Source: an uncultured Candidatus Rokubacteria bacterium
GTDB taxonomy: Bacteria; Methylomirabilota; Methylomirabilia; Rokubacteriales; CSP1-6
Direction: 5' to 3'
NCBI GenBank assembly: GCA_963789955.1
Contig: CAWBMV010000006.1
Location: forward strand, 384,001-448,000
DNA length: 64,000 bases
Below the pieces are notes generated by a model. The model did no database searches. It saw only the letters and a program-made list of their open reading frames with translations, and was not told where the DNA came from. The position numbers and the translations under genes are program-made. Below, one piece after another: positions 1-10,760 of the stretch; the stretch's first letter is position 1; each line of letters opens with the position of its first letter.

Positions 1-334
1 CGAAGGGCTCTTCGGGCCGGGCGAATGCCGCGAGGCCGGGCACCGCGCCGGCTCGACGGACATGGGCGACCTGAGCCAGGTGATCCCGGTCCTCCATCCG
101 TATATGGGCGGCGCCCGCGGCACCGGGCATGCGGCGGACTACCAGATCGTCGACCGGCATCTGGCGTACGTGATGCCGGCGCGGGCGATGGCGGCGATGG
201 CGGTCGACCTCCTCTGGGACGGTGCCGCCGGCGCGAAGGAGGTGACGGCGAAGGCGGTTCCGGGAATGACACGCCAGGCCTATGTGGAGTTCCAGCGAAG
301 CGTGCGCCGGCGCGAGGTCTATCGAGGCGTGTAG
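1..334 (+). CDS. C-terminal fragment of a probable M20-family amidohydrolase (5' partial)
   Basis: DMGDLSQVIPVLHPYMGGARGTGH resembles the M20 peptidase C-terminus; truncated by the window edge. Confidence 0.55.
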   Translation, partial: EGLFGPGECREAGHRAGSTDMGDLSQVIPVLHPYMGGARGTGHAADYQIVDRHLAYVMPARAMAAMAVDLLWDGAAGAKEVTAKAVPGMTRQAYVEFQRSVRRREVYRGV

Positions 335-358
335 GCTCAGTGAACCCGAACGCGCGAG

Positions 359-400
359 TTGATTCTCGGTCGGCGCGCCCGTAAAATGAACCGCGGTTCA
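359..400 (+). promoter_or_regulatory. sigma70 promoter with a palindromic TetR-type operator
   Basis: TTGATT(359-364)-17 bp-TAAAAT(382-387), followed by the perfect palindrome TGAACCGCGGTTCA (387-400) just upstream of the TetR gene. Confidence 0.7.
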
Positions 401-410
401 GTCAGAATTC

Positions 411-998
411 ATGCGTGATCCCGACAAGCCCCAACAGATCATCGACGCCGCGATCCGCGTGTTCGCGCGTAACGGCTACTACAACTCGCGCGTCTCGGAC
501 ATCGCCCGCGAGGCCGGCATCGCCAGCGGCACGATCTATCTCTACTTCAAGACCAAGGACGAAATCCTCGTCACCTTGTTCCGCGAGAAGATGGCGGAGT
601 GGGTGGCGTCCGTACGCCGGGAGGTCGCCGCCGAGCGCGACCCGCTGGCGAAGGTCCGGAAGATCGTGGCCCTGCACTTCCGGGTGCTCGAAGACAACCC
701 CGAGCTCGCCGAAGTCCTCCAGGTCGAGCTGCGGCAGGGCCAGAAGTTCTTCCGCGGCGCGTCGGCGCACGAGGTCTCGGCCTACTTCGGCGTGATCAAC
801 GACGTCCTCGAGGAGGGCGCGGCCTCGGGGCAGATCCGCCGCGACCTCCCGGTGAAGATCGCGACCAAGATGCTCTTCGGCGCGATGGACCAGCTCGCCA
901 CCTCGTGGGTCCTCGGCAAGCGCGCCTATCGCCTGACCGAGGCGGCCGAACCGGTCGCGACAATCTTTCTCCAGGGAGTTTGCGCTCATGGCGTTTGA
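411..998 (+). CDS. TetR/AcrR family regulator, Bacillus FadR(YsiA)-like
   Basis: N-terminal HTH IIDAAIRVF..IAREAGIASGTIYLYFKTKDEIL; leads fatty-acid genes. Confidence 0.9.
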   Translation: MRDPDKPQQIIDAAIRVFARNGYYNSRVSDIAREAGIASGTIYLYFKTKDEILVTLFREKMAEWVASVRREVAAERDPLAKVRKIVALHFRVLEDNPELAEVLQVELRQGQKFFRGASAHEVSAYFGVINDVLEEGAASGQIRRDLPVKIATKMLFGAMDQLATSWVLGKRAYRLTEAAEPVATIFLQGVCAHGV

Positions 999-1762
999 GA
1001 CTCTGCTCTTCGCGCGCGAGGAGAGCTTCGCGGTCATCACCTTGAATCGTCCGCCCGCCAACGCGATCAGCGTCGAGCTCGTCCGCGACCTCAACGCGGC
1101 GCTCAACTCGGTGGAGAACGACGACGCGGTCCGCTCGGTCATCATCACCGGCGCGGGCGATCGCATCTTCTGCGCCGGCGCCGACCTCGGCTCGGCCTTC
1201 TCCGGCGACGACGTCGACACGTTCATCCGGTTCGGCAACAGCGTCATGCGCAAGATCGAACGGTTCCCGAAGCCCGTCATCGCGGCGGTCAACGGCCACG
1301 CGCTCGGCGGCGGCTGCGAGATCGCGATGGCCTGCCACTTCCGTCTGGTCAAAGAGTCGGCGCGGATGGGACAGACCGAGTCGAACCTCGGTATCACGCC
1401 CGGCTTCGGTGGCTCGCAGCGCATGCCGCGGCTCATCGGCCGCACCAAGGCCCTCGAGTTCCTGATCCTCGGCACGCAGGTTCCGGCACCAGGAGTGCCT
1501 GGCGCTCGGCCTCGCCAACAAGCTCACGAAAGAGGGCGAGACGCTCGACGACGCCAAAGCCCTCGCGCGCCAGATCGCCAAGCGTCCGCCGATCGCCACC
1601 CGCCTCATCATCGAGGCGGTCGACGAAGGGCTCGAGGCGCCGATCGACAAGGCCATCGACATCGAGGTCCGTGCCTTCCTGAAGACGCTCAAGACCGAGG
1701 ACGCCTCGGAAGGCATCCAGGCGTTCTTCGCCAAGCGCGAGCCGAACTTCAAGGGCAAGTAG
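988..1762 (+). CDS. enoyl-CoA hydratase/crotonase (frameshift near 1485)
   Basis: FCAGADL, NGHALGGGCEIAMAC, PGFGGSQR; C-terminus EGIQAFFAKREPNFKGK* in another frame. Confidence 0.9.
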
Positions 1763-2513
1763 ATGGACCTCGGCATCCGCGGCAAGGTCGCGCTCGTGAC
1801 GGGCGCCGCGCGGAGTCTCGGCAAGGCCGACGCGCAGGCGCTGGCCGCCGAGGGGTGCGCGATCGCGATCCTGGACCTCGATGGCGACGGCGCCGCCGGA
1901 GCGGCCGGCGAGATCGAGGCCTCGGGCGGGCGCGCGCGCGGCTACGCCTGCGACATTCGCGAATCGGCCCAGATCCAGGACGTCGTGAGCCGCGTCGAGC
2001 GCGACCTCGGCCCGGTCGACATCTGCGTGAACAACGCCGGACTGATCTACACCGTGGCTCAGCTCAAGGACATGAAGCGATGAGGACTGGGAGCTGAACC
2101 TCGCGGTGAACGTCACGGGAACGTACAAGGTGACGAAGGCGGTGTTTCCGGGGATGCGCGAGCGACGCTGGGGCCGGATCGTCTGCATGGCGTCGATCGC
2201 CGGTCTGATGGGCGGCTTCGGTCAGACCGCATACGCGACCAGCAAGATCGGGCTGATCGGTTTCGCGAAATCGGTCGCGCTCGAGGGCGCCCGCTACAAT
2301 GTGACGTGCAATGCGATCGCGCCCGGGATCATCGCGCCCAATGCGAAGCTGAGCCCGCTCTACGAGCGGATGGTCAAGCGGGTCGCGATGCAGCGCGAAG
2401 GGGAGCCCGAGGACGTGGCCAACGCCGTCGCCTTCCTGTGCTCCGAACGTGCGCGCTACATCACCGGCGCGGTGCTGACGGTGACCGGCGGAATGGACCT
2501 CTTCACATTTTGA
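1763..2513 (+). CDS. SDR oxidoreductase, FabG-like (frameshift near 2080)
   Basis: VTGAARSLG, NNAG, YATSK catalytic motif. Confidence 0.85.
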
Positions 2514-2592
2514 TGGCCGAACGTCGGGTGCCGGAGCCCCGGCGAAGGCATCCCGACGCGAAATCAGAATGCGACGCAGACAGGAGGACACG

Positions 2593-2913
2593 ATGCCCAC
2601 AGTGAAAGAGACGTTCGACGCGATGGCTTCGCGGTTCCGGACCGACAAGGCGGCCGGGACCAACGCGGTGATCCAGTACGACGTGAGCGGCGACGGGGGT
2701 GGCACCTGGCACGCCGTCATCAAGGACGGCGCCTGCACCGTCAAGCCGGGCGCCGGCACGAACCCCAACCTGACCCTTCAGATCTCGGCGCAGGACTGGC
2801 TCGACATGCTCTCGGGCAAGCAGTCGGGGCAGATGCTGTTCATGTCGGGCAAGCTGAAGGTCAAAGGGGACATGGGGCTCGCGATGAAGCTCGGCTCGAT
2901 GTTCCAGATGTGA
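2593..2913 (+). CDS. SCP2 sterol/lipid-binding domain protein
   Basis: AGGAGG RBS; LFMSGKLKVKGDMGLAMKL SCP2 signature. Confidence 0.9.
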   Translation: MPTVKETFDAMASRFRTDKAAGTNAVIQYDVSGDGGGTWHAVIKDGACTVKPGAGTNPNLTLQISAQDWLDMLSGKQSGQMLFMSGKLKVKGDMGLAMKLGSMFQM

Positions 2914-2946
2914 CGGGACCAACCCCCACGCAAGGAGCCTGTTGAT

Positions 2947-4065
2947 ATGGCGCAGGAGCGGTTCGCGGACGTCGTCGAGCGGTTCACCAGCGGATTCGCC
3001 GCCGATGCGCCCGCCGCGACGATCAAGCAGTGGCAGGAGGAGCTCGAGCGCGGAGTCCGCCGGCTCCAGAATCTCCACGGGCTGATGACCAATCCGGTCG
3101 AGCCCAAGATCGGTCAGACGCCGCGCGTCGAGATCTACAAGCGCAACAAGTCACGGCTCTACCGGTACGAGTCCAAGCGCACGCATCGGACACCCGTGCT
3201 CTTCGTGCCGAACCTCGGCATCAGCCGCCCGTACATCTTCGATCTCCTGCCCGGCGGCAGCTTCATCGAGCACATGACGAACCAGGGCTTCGACTTCTAT
3301 CTGCTCGACTGGGGCGTCTTCGGTCCGGAGGACAACGACCTCTCCGTCGAGGAGTGCGTGACGAAGATCCTGCCGCGGATGGCCCGGCGCGTGCTCGAGA
3401 CGTCCGAGACCGACGAGCTTTCGGTGCTGGGCTATTGCATGGGGGCGCCCATCTCGGCGTCGTTCGTCGCCTCGCACCCGGAAGTACGGGTGAAGAACTT
3501 CGTCAACATGGCCGGGCCCATCGACTTCGCGAAAGTCGGGCTCTTCGGGCTCTGGCTCGGCAAGGACAAGTTCAACGTCGACCGTTTCGTCGACACGCTC
3601 GGCTCGGTGCCGGCCGACATGGTCAAGGCCGGGTTCAAGCTGCTCAAGCCGACGATGGACCTGTCGACGAACCTGAACCTCTGGTGGAACATGTGGAACG
3701 ACAAGTACCTCGAAGGCTTCCAGGCCCTGAACAAGTGGGCGAACGAGTACGTGGCGTTCCCGGGCGAGTTCTTCCGGCAGTGGGTGCGCGATTTCTACCA
3801 GGACAACAAGCTCTACCGCGACGAGCTCGTCATGGGCGGTCGCCCGATTCGGCTCGAGCGCATCACGTGCCCGGTCTTCGTCGTCGGCGCGAAGGAGGAC
3901 TACATCGCGCCCCCCGAGTGTGTACGCGCGCTCATCGACAAGGTCGGCAGCCGCGAGAAGGAGTACATCGAGCTGCCCGGTGGGCACATCTCGCTCATCG
4001 CCGGGCGGGGCGCGGCTGTCCACTGCTGGCCGAAGGTCTCGGCCTGGCTGGCCCCTCGCTCCTAG
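2947..4065 (+). CDS. phaC: class III-type polyhydroxyalkanoate synthase
   Basis: 372 aa; GQTP, PYIFDL, LLDWG, lipase box GYCMG, catalytic Asp (EDYI) and His (GGHI). Confidence 0.85.
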   Translation: MAQERFADVVERFTSGFAADAPAATIKQWQEELERGVRRLQNLHGLMTNPVEPKIGQTPRVEIYKRNKSRLYRYESKRTHRTPVLFVPNLGISRPYIFDLLPGGSFIEHMTNQGFDFYLLDWGVFGPEDNDLSVEECVTKILPRMARRVLETSETDELSVLGYCMGAPISASFVASHPEVRVKNFVNMAGPIDFAKVGLFGLWLGKDKFNVDRFVDTLGSVPADMVKAGFKLLKPTMDLSTNLNLWWNMWNDKYLEGFQALNKWANEYVAFPGEFFRQWVRDFYQDNKLYRDELVMGGRPIRLERITCPVFVVGAKEDYIAPPECVRALIDKVGSREKEYIELPGGHISLIAGRGAAVHCWPKVSAWLAPRS

Positions 4066-4078
4066 CCGGACGCTTTCG

Positions 4079-4108
4079 TTGACGCGAGGCGTCACGGCGG
4101 CGTAACAT
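4079..4108 (+). promoter_or_regulatory. promoter of phaE with palindromic operator TGACGC-N3-GCGTCA
   Basis: TTGACG(4079-4084)-18 bp-TAACAT(4103-4108); palindrome 4080-4094. Confidence 0.55.
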
Positions 4109-4116
4109 CAGAAGTG

Positions 4117-4641
4117 ATGGCTGACGCTCCCGGACCGAACCAGCTGTTCGAGCAGTGGAGGAAGCAGTTCGAGGAAGGCGCGCAGGCCTGGTCGCGCCTC
4201 ATCACTCAAACCGCGGCCGCCGCTCCGAGCCCGACGCCGGATCCGACGGCGTTCTGGCGTCCGGTGCTCGACCAGGGCGTTCAGGCCTGGGCCAGGCTCT
4301 TCGCCCAGACACCCGCCACACCCGAGCTCCTGACGCAGTGGAAGCAGTTCCTCGACCAGTGGATCGAAGCGTGGTCCAAGGTGCTCGGCCAGGCCATGGG
4401 CACCGAGCAGTTCGCGAAGCTGATGGGCCAGTCGCTCGACCAGATGCTCGTCACGGCCGCGCCGGCGAAGAAGGCCGTCGATCAGCAGATCGAGCAGACG
4501 CTCCAGGCGCTGAACCTTCCGTCGCGCAGCCAGCTCACCGCGATCGCGAAGCAGATCGTCGAGCTCGAGGATCGAATCGACCGGCTCGAGGATTCGATCA
4601 GCGCCAAGCTCCGACGGCTCACGGAGCGGGAGCCCCGATGA
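4117..4641 (+). CDS. phaE: PhaE-like PHA synthase subunit
   Basis: Trp-rich helical N-terminus; LNLPSRSQL..IVELEDRIDRLE coiled-coil tail typical of PhaE/PhaR subunits; adjacent to phaC. Confidence 0.7.
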   Translation: MADAPGPNQLFEQWRKQFEEGAQAWSRLITQTAAAAPSPTPDPTAFWRPVLDQGVQAWARLFAQTPATPELLTQWKQFLDQWIEAWSKVLGQAMGTEQFAKLMGQSLDQMLVTAAPAKKAVDQQIEQTLQALNLPSRSQLTAIAKQIVELEDRIDRLEDSISAKLRRLTEREPR

Positions 4642-5182
4642 TCGGCCGTACGATCGCCGAGCTCGCTCCGGGCGACCACGCCGAGCTCGTCCGCCAGGTC
4701 GAAGACGACGACATCGCCGGCTTCATCGACGCCGTCGGCGATCTGAACCCCGTGCACAGCGACGCCGCGTATGCGGCGACGACCCCGTTCAAGGAACCCA
4801 TCGCCCCCGGCATCTTCACCGCGGGACTGATCTCGGCGGTCATCGGCACGCAGCTTCCCGGACCCGGCGCGATCTACCTTTCGCAGAGCCTCAAGTTCAT
4901 CAAGCCGGTCAAGGCCGGGGACACGATCACCGCGAAGGTGCACGTGCTCGAGGTGATTCGCGAGCGCAATCGGCTCCGCCTCCAGACGGTCTGCGTGAAC
5001 CAGCGAGGCGAAGAGGTGCTATCGGGCGAAGCGTGGGTGATGCCGTCGAAGGCGCGCGTCGTCTACGACGAGCGGTCACACCGCGGCGGTCGCTCGCGGC
5101 GCTCGCGCTCCAGCCGTGGGCGCTGGCGGCCCACGCCGTGCGGCTGTGGGCCACCGTCGTTACATCAGCAGTCCGCCGTTGA
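4638..5182 (+). CDS. phaJ: MaoC-family (R)-specific enoyl-CoA hydratase (probable frameshift near 5085)
   Basis: Hydratase motif GDLNPVHSD, GTQLPGPGAIYLSQSLKF; ATGA overlap with phaE; 3' end inferred in a shifted frame. Confidence 0.8.
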
Positions 5183-5912
5183 TCGAGAGCTCGGCGCCGG
5201 TGATGTAGTCGCCGTCGGACGAGACGAGATAGACGACGGCGCGACCGACCTCTTCCACCGTCCCGAAGCGCTTCAGCGGGATCTGACTCAAGAGCCTGTC
5301 GCGCACCTTCTCCGGAATGCCCTGGACCATGTCCGTCTCGATGAAGCCGGGCGCCACCGCGTTCACCGTGACACCTTTGCCGGCGAGCTCCTTGGCGAGC
5401 GACTTGGTGAACGCCGCGACCCCGGCCTTCGAGGCCGCGTAGTTGGCCTGACCGAAGTTCCCGATCTGGCCGATGACCGAGGTGATGTTCACCACGCGGC
5501 CCCACTCCTGCTTGAGCATCTGGTCCACGAAGACCTTGGTGCAGTTGAAGACGCCGTCGAGGTTGATCGCGAGCACCTTGCGCCAGGACGCGTGGTCCAT
5601 CCTCACGAACGTCTTGTCCGAGTTGATCCCGGCGTTGTTGACGAGGATGTCGAGGTGACCGAACTCCTTCAGGACGTCCTGCGCCATCCGGAAGGTGTCG
5701 GGGTAGTCACCGACGTCGGCCTGCGCGAGGAGCGCGTGCCGCCCGATCTTGCGGATCTTGTCGGCGACCTCTCTGGCGGCGGGCTCGCTCGAGACGTAGT
5801 TGATCGCGACGTCGGCGCCTTCCTCGGCGAGCGCGAGTGCGATGGCACGCCCGATGCCGCGAGATCCTCCGGTCACGAGCGCTGTGCGCCCCTTGAGTTT
5901 CATGCGAGTCAC
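5160..5912 (-). CDS. phaB: acetoacetyl-CoA reductase (SDR)
   Basis: [40 protein letters not shown] cluster context. Confidence 0.8.
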   Translation of the reverse strand: MTRMKLKGRTALVTGGSRGIGRAIALALAEEGADVAINYVSSEPAAREVADKIRKIGRHALLAQADVGDYPDTFRMAQDVLKEFGHLDILVNNAGINSDKTFVRMDHASWRKVLAINLDGVFNCTKVFVDQMLKQEWGRVVNITSVIGQIGNFGQANYAASKAGVAAFTKSLAKELAGKGVTVNAVAPGFIETDMVQGIPEKVRDRLLSQIPLKRFGTVEEVGRAVVYLVSSDGDYITGAELSINGGLLM

Positions 5913-5963
5913 CTCCCGTCGGCGTGGGCCGTCAGTCTAGCACGGTGAAGTCGGGCCGGGGTC

Positions 5964-5992
5964 TTGACGCGGAGTGTTACGCCCGTCATAGT
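5964..5992 (+). promoter_or_regulatory. promoter of phaR with operator TGACGC-N3-GTGTTA
   Basis: TTGACG(5964-5969)-17 bp-CATAGT(5987-5992); motif at 5965-5979. Confidence 0.55.
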
Positions 5993-6025
5993 GACCCTCG
6001 AAGCCAGCCCGTAGAGGGAGTGCGC

Positions 6026-6521
6026 ATGGCGTACGTCATCAAGCGGTACTCGAATAGAAAGCTCTACGACACGCAGGAGAGTCGCTACGTCACCCTCGAG
6101 GAAATCGAGGAGATGATTCGCGCGCGGCAAGGAGATCGCGGTGGTCGATGCCGCCTCCGGCGAAGACCTCACGTCGGTGACCCTGGCCCAGATCATCCTC
6201 GAGAACGAGCGCAATCATCGCGCCACGCTCCCCACCGCGTTCCTTCACCAGCTCATCAAGCACGGAGAGGCCTGGCAGGATTTCGTGCAGCGATCGATGA
6301 AGTCGAGTCTCGAGGGCATCGTCTCGAGTCAGCGGGAGGTGGAGCGGATCTTCCAGGACTGGGCGTCGAGGGCGGGGTGGGGGATGCCCGGGCCCCGCGG
6401 CGAGCCACGCCGTGACGGCGTCGAGCCCGATGCGGAGCAGCTCCGCGAGGAAGTGTCGACGTTGCGAGAGCGCCTACGCTCCCTCGAGGAGCGACTCGAG
6501 AAACGCAAGAACCAGAAGTAA
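6026..6521 (+). CDS. phaR: PHA synthesis regulator (frameshift near 6125)
   Basis: [20 protein letters not shown] and [21 protein letters not shown] are the PhaR DNA-binding signature. Confidence 0.9.
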
Positions 6522-6525
6522 CCGT

Positions 6526-6969
6526 CTAGTTCTGGTAGACGCCCTTCATCTTCTCGACGACCGCCGCATAGGTCTCCTGGATTCCCTTGCCGGCCTGCTC
6601 CGCCGACACCTGGATCCGCTCGGCCGAGCGCGTGATCGCCTGCGCCTGCCCTTCCATGAGCTTGACGGCCTTCTCGACGCCGTCGACGCCGCTCAGGAGC
6701 GCCTTCTGATACAGCTGCGCCGGATCCTTCGTGCCGTCCGACCAGGCGCTCTGCCAGCGCGTCGCGGCGGCCTGCGAGCTCCGCAAGGTCTCGAGGGCGC
6801 CCTGCTGCAGCTCGCCGCAGAGCCTCACACCTTCCTTCGCGGTGGCCGTCGAGAGCTCCACGAGCTCGCGCAGCACACGCTGGTTGGCATCCGCCCAGGC
6901 GCTCATCGTGTCGACCACTTTGCCGGTGAGCTGACCGAACATCTCTTCCACTTTCTTCTGCTCGTCCAT
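6526..6969 (-). CDS. phasin-like granule protein
   Basis: 147-aa amphipathic all-helical protein with AGGAGG RBS inside the PHA cluster. Confidence 0.6.
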   Translation of the reverse strand: MDEQKKVEEMFGQLTGKVVDTMSAWADANQRVLRELVELSTATAKEGVRLCGELQQGALETLRSSQAAATRWQSAWSDGTKDPAQLYQKALLSGVDGVEKAVKLMEGQAQAITRSAERIQVSAEQAGKGIQETYAAVVEKMKGVYQN

Positions 6970-7026
6970 TGGTTCCTCCTGCATCCTCGTCGTTCGATAC
7001 GTTGGATACGCTCGAACTCGATTCCG

Positions 7027-7076
7027 AGTATAACGCGTCGCGTTAGGCCGTCAATCAGTATTTGCGCAACGCGTTA
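7027..7076 (-). promoter_or_regulatory. phasin promoter with operator palindrome(s)
   Basis: Minus-strand TTGACG(7054-7049)-16 bp-TATACT(7032-7027); TAACGCGTCGCGTTA at 7031-7045 and a weaker copy at 7062-7076. Confidence 0.65.
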
Positions 7077-7136
7077 TCTGCCGTGTGCTACCGTCGGTTA
7101 TCCCTTTCAGATTGATGATTTAGACGGAGGATCCTA

Positions 7137-8934
7137 ATGGCCACCGACACCCTCGCTCGGATGTTCTGGGATCGCGTCGAGCGTAGTGGTGACCGTCCAG
7201 CGCACCAGTTCAAGCACGGTGCCGACTGGAAGACGATCACCTGGCGTGAGGTCGGCGACGTCGTCCGCGAGGTGGCGCTCGGCCTGATCAGCTTGGGTCG
7301 CGAGAAGGGCGACACGGTCGCGCTCCTGTCGACGAGCCGCGCCGAGTGGGTCCAGGCCGACTTCGCGATCTTCAGCGCGGGGTGCGTGACGGTCCCGGTG
7401 TATCCCACGTATCCGCCGGACCTGATCGCCTACGTGGTGAACGACTCCGGCGCGAAGACGATCATCGTCGAGGACGCCGGCCAGCTCGCCAAGGTCTTGC
7501 AGGCGCGCGACAAGATGCCGGCGCTCGAGCACGTCGTCGTCATGGCCGGCTACGATGCGCCGCAGCCGCCGAAGATCGTGATGACCTGGGAGTCACTGCG
7601 GCGGCTCGGTCGCGAGAACGCCGCGGCGCACACGAGCACGCTCGCCGAGCGCGTCGCCGCGACGCGGCCGACCGATCTGGCGACGATCGTGTACACGTCC
7701 GGCACCACCGGTCCTCCGAAGGGCGTGATGCAGACTCACGGCAATCACATCGCCGCGGTCACGGCCTCGAAGCAGTCGACGCCGGTCCAGGAGGGCTGGG
7801 TGCACCTCCTGTTCCTGCCGCTCGCACACTCGTTCGCGCGGCTCGAGTCGTTCCTCGGCGTCACGCACGGGCTCACCACGGCGTTCGCCGAGAACCTCGA
7901 CAAGGTGGGGGACAATCTCAAGGAAACGCGGCCCCACTTCATCTGCAGCGTGCCGCGCGTGTTCGAGAAGGTCTACGGCAAGATCCTCGCCGGCGTGGAG
8001 GCCGGCTCACCCGCGAAGAGGAAGATTTTCAACTGGGCGGTGTCGGTCGGCCGAGACGTCAGCCGCCACCAGCAGCGCGGCCAGCCCGTGCCGGCGACCT
8101 TGGAGCTGAAGCGCAAGCTCGCCCATAAGCTCGTGTTCTCGAAGCTCCACGCCGCACTCGGCGGGCGACTGCAATGGGCCGTGTCGGGCGGAGCCCCGCT
8201 CTCGCGCGACATCGCGGAGTTTTTCCACGCGGCCGGCATCCTCCTCCTCGAGGGGTACGGCCTCACCGAGACGTGCCCGGCGCTCACGTTCAACCGGCCC
8301 GACCGCTTCAAGTTCGGCTCGGTCGGTCAGAGCCTACCGGGCGTGCAGCTGCAGGATCGCCGCGGACGGGGAGATCCTGGCGCGAGGCCCCAACATCGCG
8401 ACGCTCGGCTACTACAAGCAGCCCGAGGCGACCCGCGAGGTCTTCGATCCGGACGGGTGGTTCCACACCGGCGACATCGGCACGATCGACCAGGATGGAT
8501 TCCTCGTCATCACCGATCGCAAGAAAGACCTGATCGTGACGGCGGGCGGCATGAACATCGCGCCGCAGAACATCGAGAATCTGCTCAAGGCCGATCCGTT
8601 CATCAGCCAGGTGATGGTCTACGGCGATCGGCGCCCGTATCCGGTCGCGCTCATCACGATCAATCCCGAAGAGCTGTCGAAGTTCGCGCGTGAGCAGGGG
8701 ATCCTGACCAGCGACGCGGCGGCCATCGTGAAGCATCCGAAAGTGGCCGAGCGCATCGGCCGCACGGTCGAGGAGAAGAACACGCAGCTGCAGTCGTACG
8801 CGAAGATCAAGCGGTTCACGGTGCTCCCGGCCGACTTCACGCTCGACGGCGGCGAGCTGACGCCGACCCTGAAGGTGAAGCGCAAGGTCGTCTCGCAGAA
8901 GTACAAGGACGCGATCGAGGAGCTCTACCGCTGA
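7137..8934 (+). CDS. fadD: long-chain fatty acid-CoA ligase (frameshift near 8355)
   Basis: YTSGTTGPPKG, EGYGLTE, WFHTGD, ELTPTLKVKR. Confidence 0.9.
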
Positions 8935-9696
8935 CCCCGGCGCCTTGTGTCCTCGCCGGCAAGGTCGCGCTGGTCACCGGCGCCAGCCGCGGCCTGGGCC
9001 GGGCGATCGCGGTGGCGCTGGCCGAAGCCGGAGCCGATGTCGCGCTCGCCGCGCGATCGAAAGCGGCGCTGGAGGAAACCGCGCACCTCGCGGCGACCGG
9101 CGGCCGCCGCGCGCTCGTCGCGCCCACCGACGTCGCCAGCTACGCCGAGGTCGATGCGCTCGTGCAGCGGACGATCCACGAGCTCGGGCGGCTCGACATC
9201 GTCGTGAACAACTCGGGCGTGGCCAAGGTCGCGCCGCTGGTCGAGATGACGCCGGACGATTGGCGCTTCATGCTCGACGTGAATCTGACCGGCGTCTTCA
9301 ACGGCTGCCGCGCGGCCGCGCCGCACCTGATCGCGCAGAGATCCGGCAAGGTCATCAACGTCGCCTCCGTGCTCGGCCAGGTCGGGCTTGCCGGGCTACA
9401 CGGTCTACGGCGCGACGAAGGGCGGCGTCATCGCGCTCACGCGCACGCTCGGCGTGGAGTGGGCGCGTCACAACGTCCAGGTCAACGCGATCGCGCCGGG
9501 CTGGTTCGCGACCGACATGACCAACGAGGCGTTCGCGAACCCGGCGATCAACCAGCGCCTGACCCGCGACATCCCGGCCCGACGAATCGGACGGCCCGAG
9601 GAGATCGGGCCGCTGGCCGTCTATCTGGCGTCGGCGAGCTCCGACTTCATGACCGGCCAGACGCTCTTCCTCGACGGCGGCCACTCGGCCGCGTAG
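8931..9696 (+). CDS. SDR oxidoreductase (frameshift near 9388; start uncertain, CTG)
   Basis: GKVALVTGASRGLG, NNSG, YGATK, NAIAPGW, DGG. Confidence 0.8.
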
Positions 9697-9733
9697 GTTG
9701 CCGGACGGTAGACCGTCGAGTAGATTGTCGGCC

Positions 9734-10741
9734 ATGAAAGCCGCGATTCTCCACGGACCGCGCGATCTTCGCGTCGAGCGCCTGCGCGATCCGCGACCCG
9801 AGCCCGGCGAGGTCGTCGTCCGCATGACGCGCGGCGGGCCTCTGCGGCACGGACTACGAGATCTGGTCGGGCGCGAGACCGGTCGCGTATCCGCGCATCA
9901 TGGGGCACGAGCTCGTCGGCCGCGTCGAGGCGACCGCGTCCGACGTGACCCGTGTGAGCCCGGGCGATCCGGTCGTCGTCGAGCCCAACTATTCGTGCGG
10001 CCATTGTCCACTCTGCCGCGAAGGCAATCGCAACCTGTGCCTGTCGCGGACCACGATCGGCATCAACGCCGACGGCGGCTTCGCCGAGCTCGTGCGGGTA
10101 CCCGCGCGGTGCTGCTGGCGCGTGACGGCCGGCGCCGCCTCCGACGCGCTGCTGCTCGCCGAGCCGCTCGCCGTGGTGGTCCGGGCGGTGGGACGCGGCG
10201 AGCCGCAAGCCGGGTGAGACTGCGGCGATCGTCGGGGCGGGGACCCTCGGGCTCCTCGCCCTTCAGGTGCTTCGTGCGCGCGGCGCCAGGGTGATGGTCA
10301 CGAGCCGCTCGCGGCGGCGGTTCGCTCTGGCCACCCAGCTCGGCGCCGACGCGACGCATGCCACGCTCGAGGGCCCGCTCGCCGACGCCGCGCGCCGGTT
10401 TGCCGGGCGCGAGGGGGTGGACCTGGTCGTCGAGACCGCCGGCACCGCGGAGGCGGTCACGCACGCGCTCGAGCTCGTGCGCCCGGGCGGACGCGTGGTG
10501 CTGACCGGACTGCCGCACGAGCCCACGTCGGTCTCGTTCTTCTCGGTCGTCCGGCGCGAAATCACCTTGACCGGCTCGATGATCTACCAGGACGAGTTTC
10601 CCGAAGCGCTGCGGCTCGTCGCACAGCGGCGCGGTGCAGACGACGCCGCTGATCACGCATCGATTCGGCCTCGACCGGATCGGCGAGGCCTTCGCGGCGC
10701 ATGCCGACCCGAGCTCCATCAAGGTCGCGCTCAAGATCTGA
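9734..10741 (+). CDS. zinc-dependent alcohol/polyol dehydrogenase (about 3 frameshifts)
   Basis: LCGTD, GHE, CGHCPLC..C, GAGTLG distributed across frames. Confidence 0.85.
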
Positions 10742-10760
10742 TGCCCATGAGCGAGGAGAC

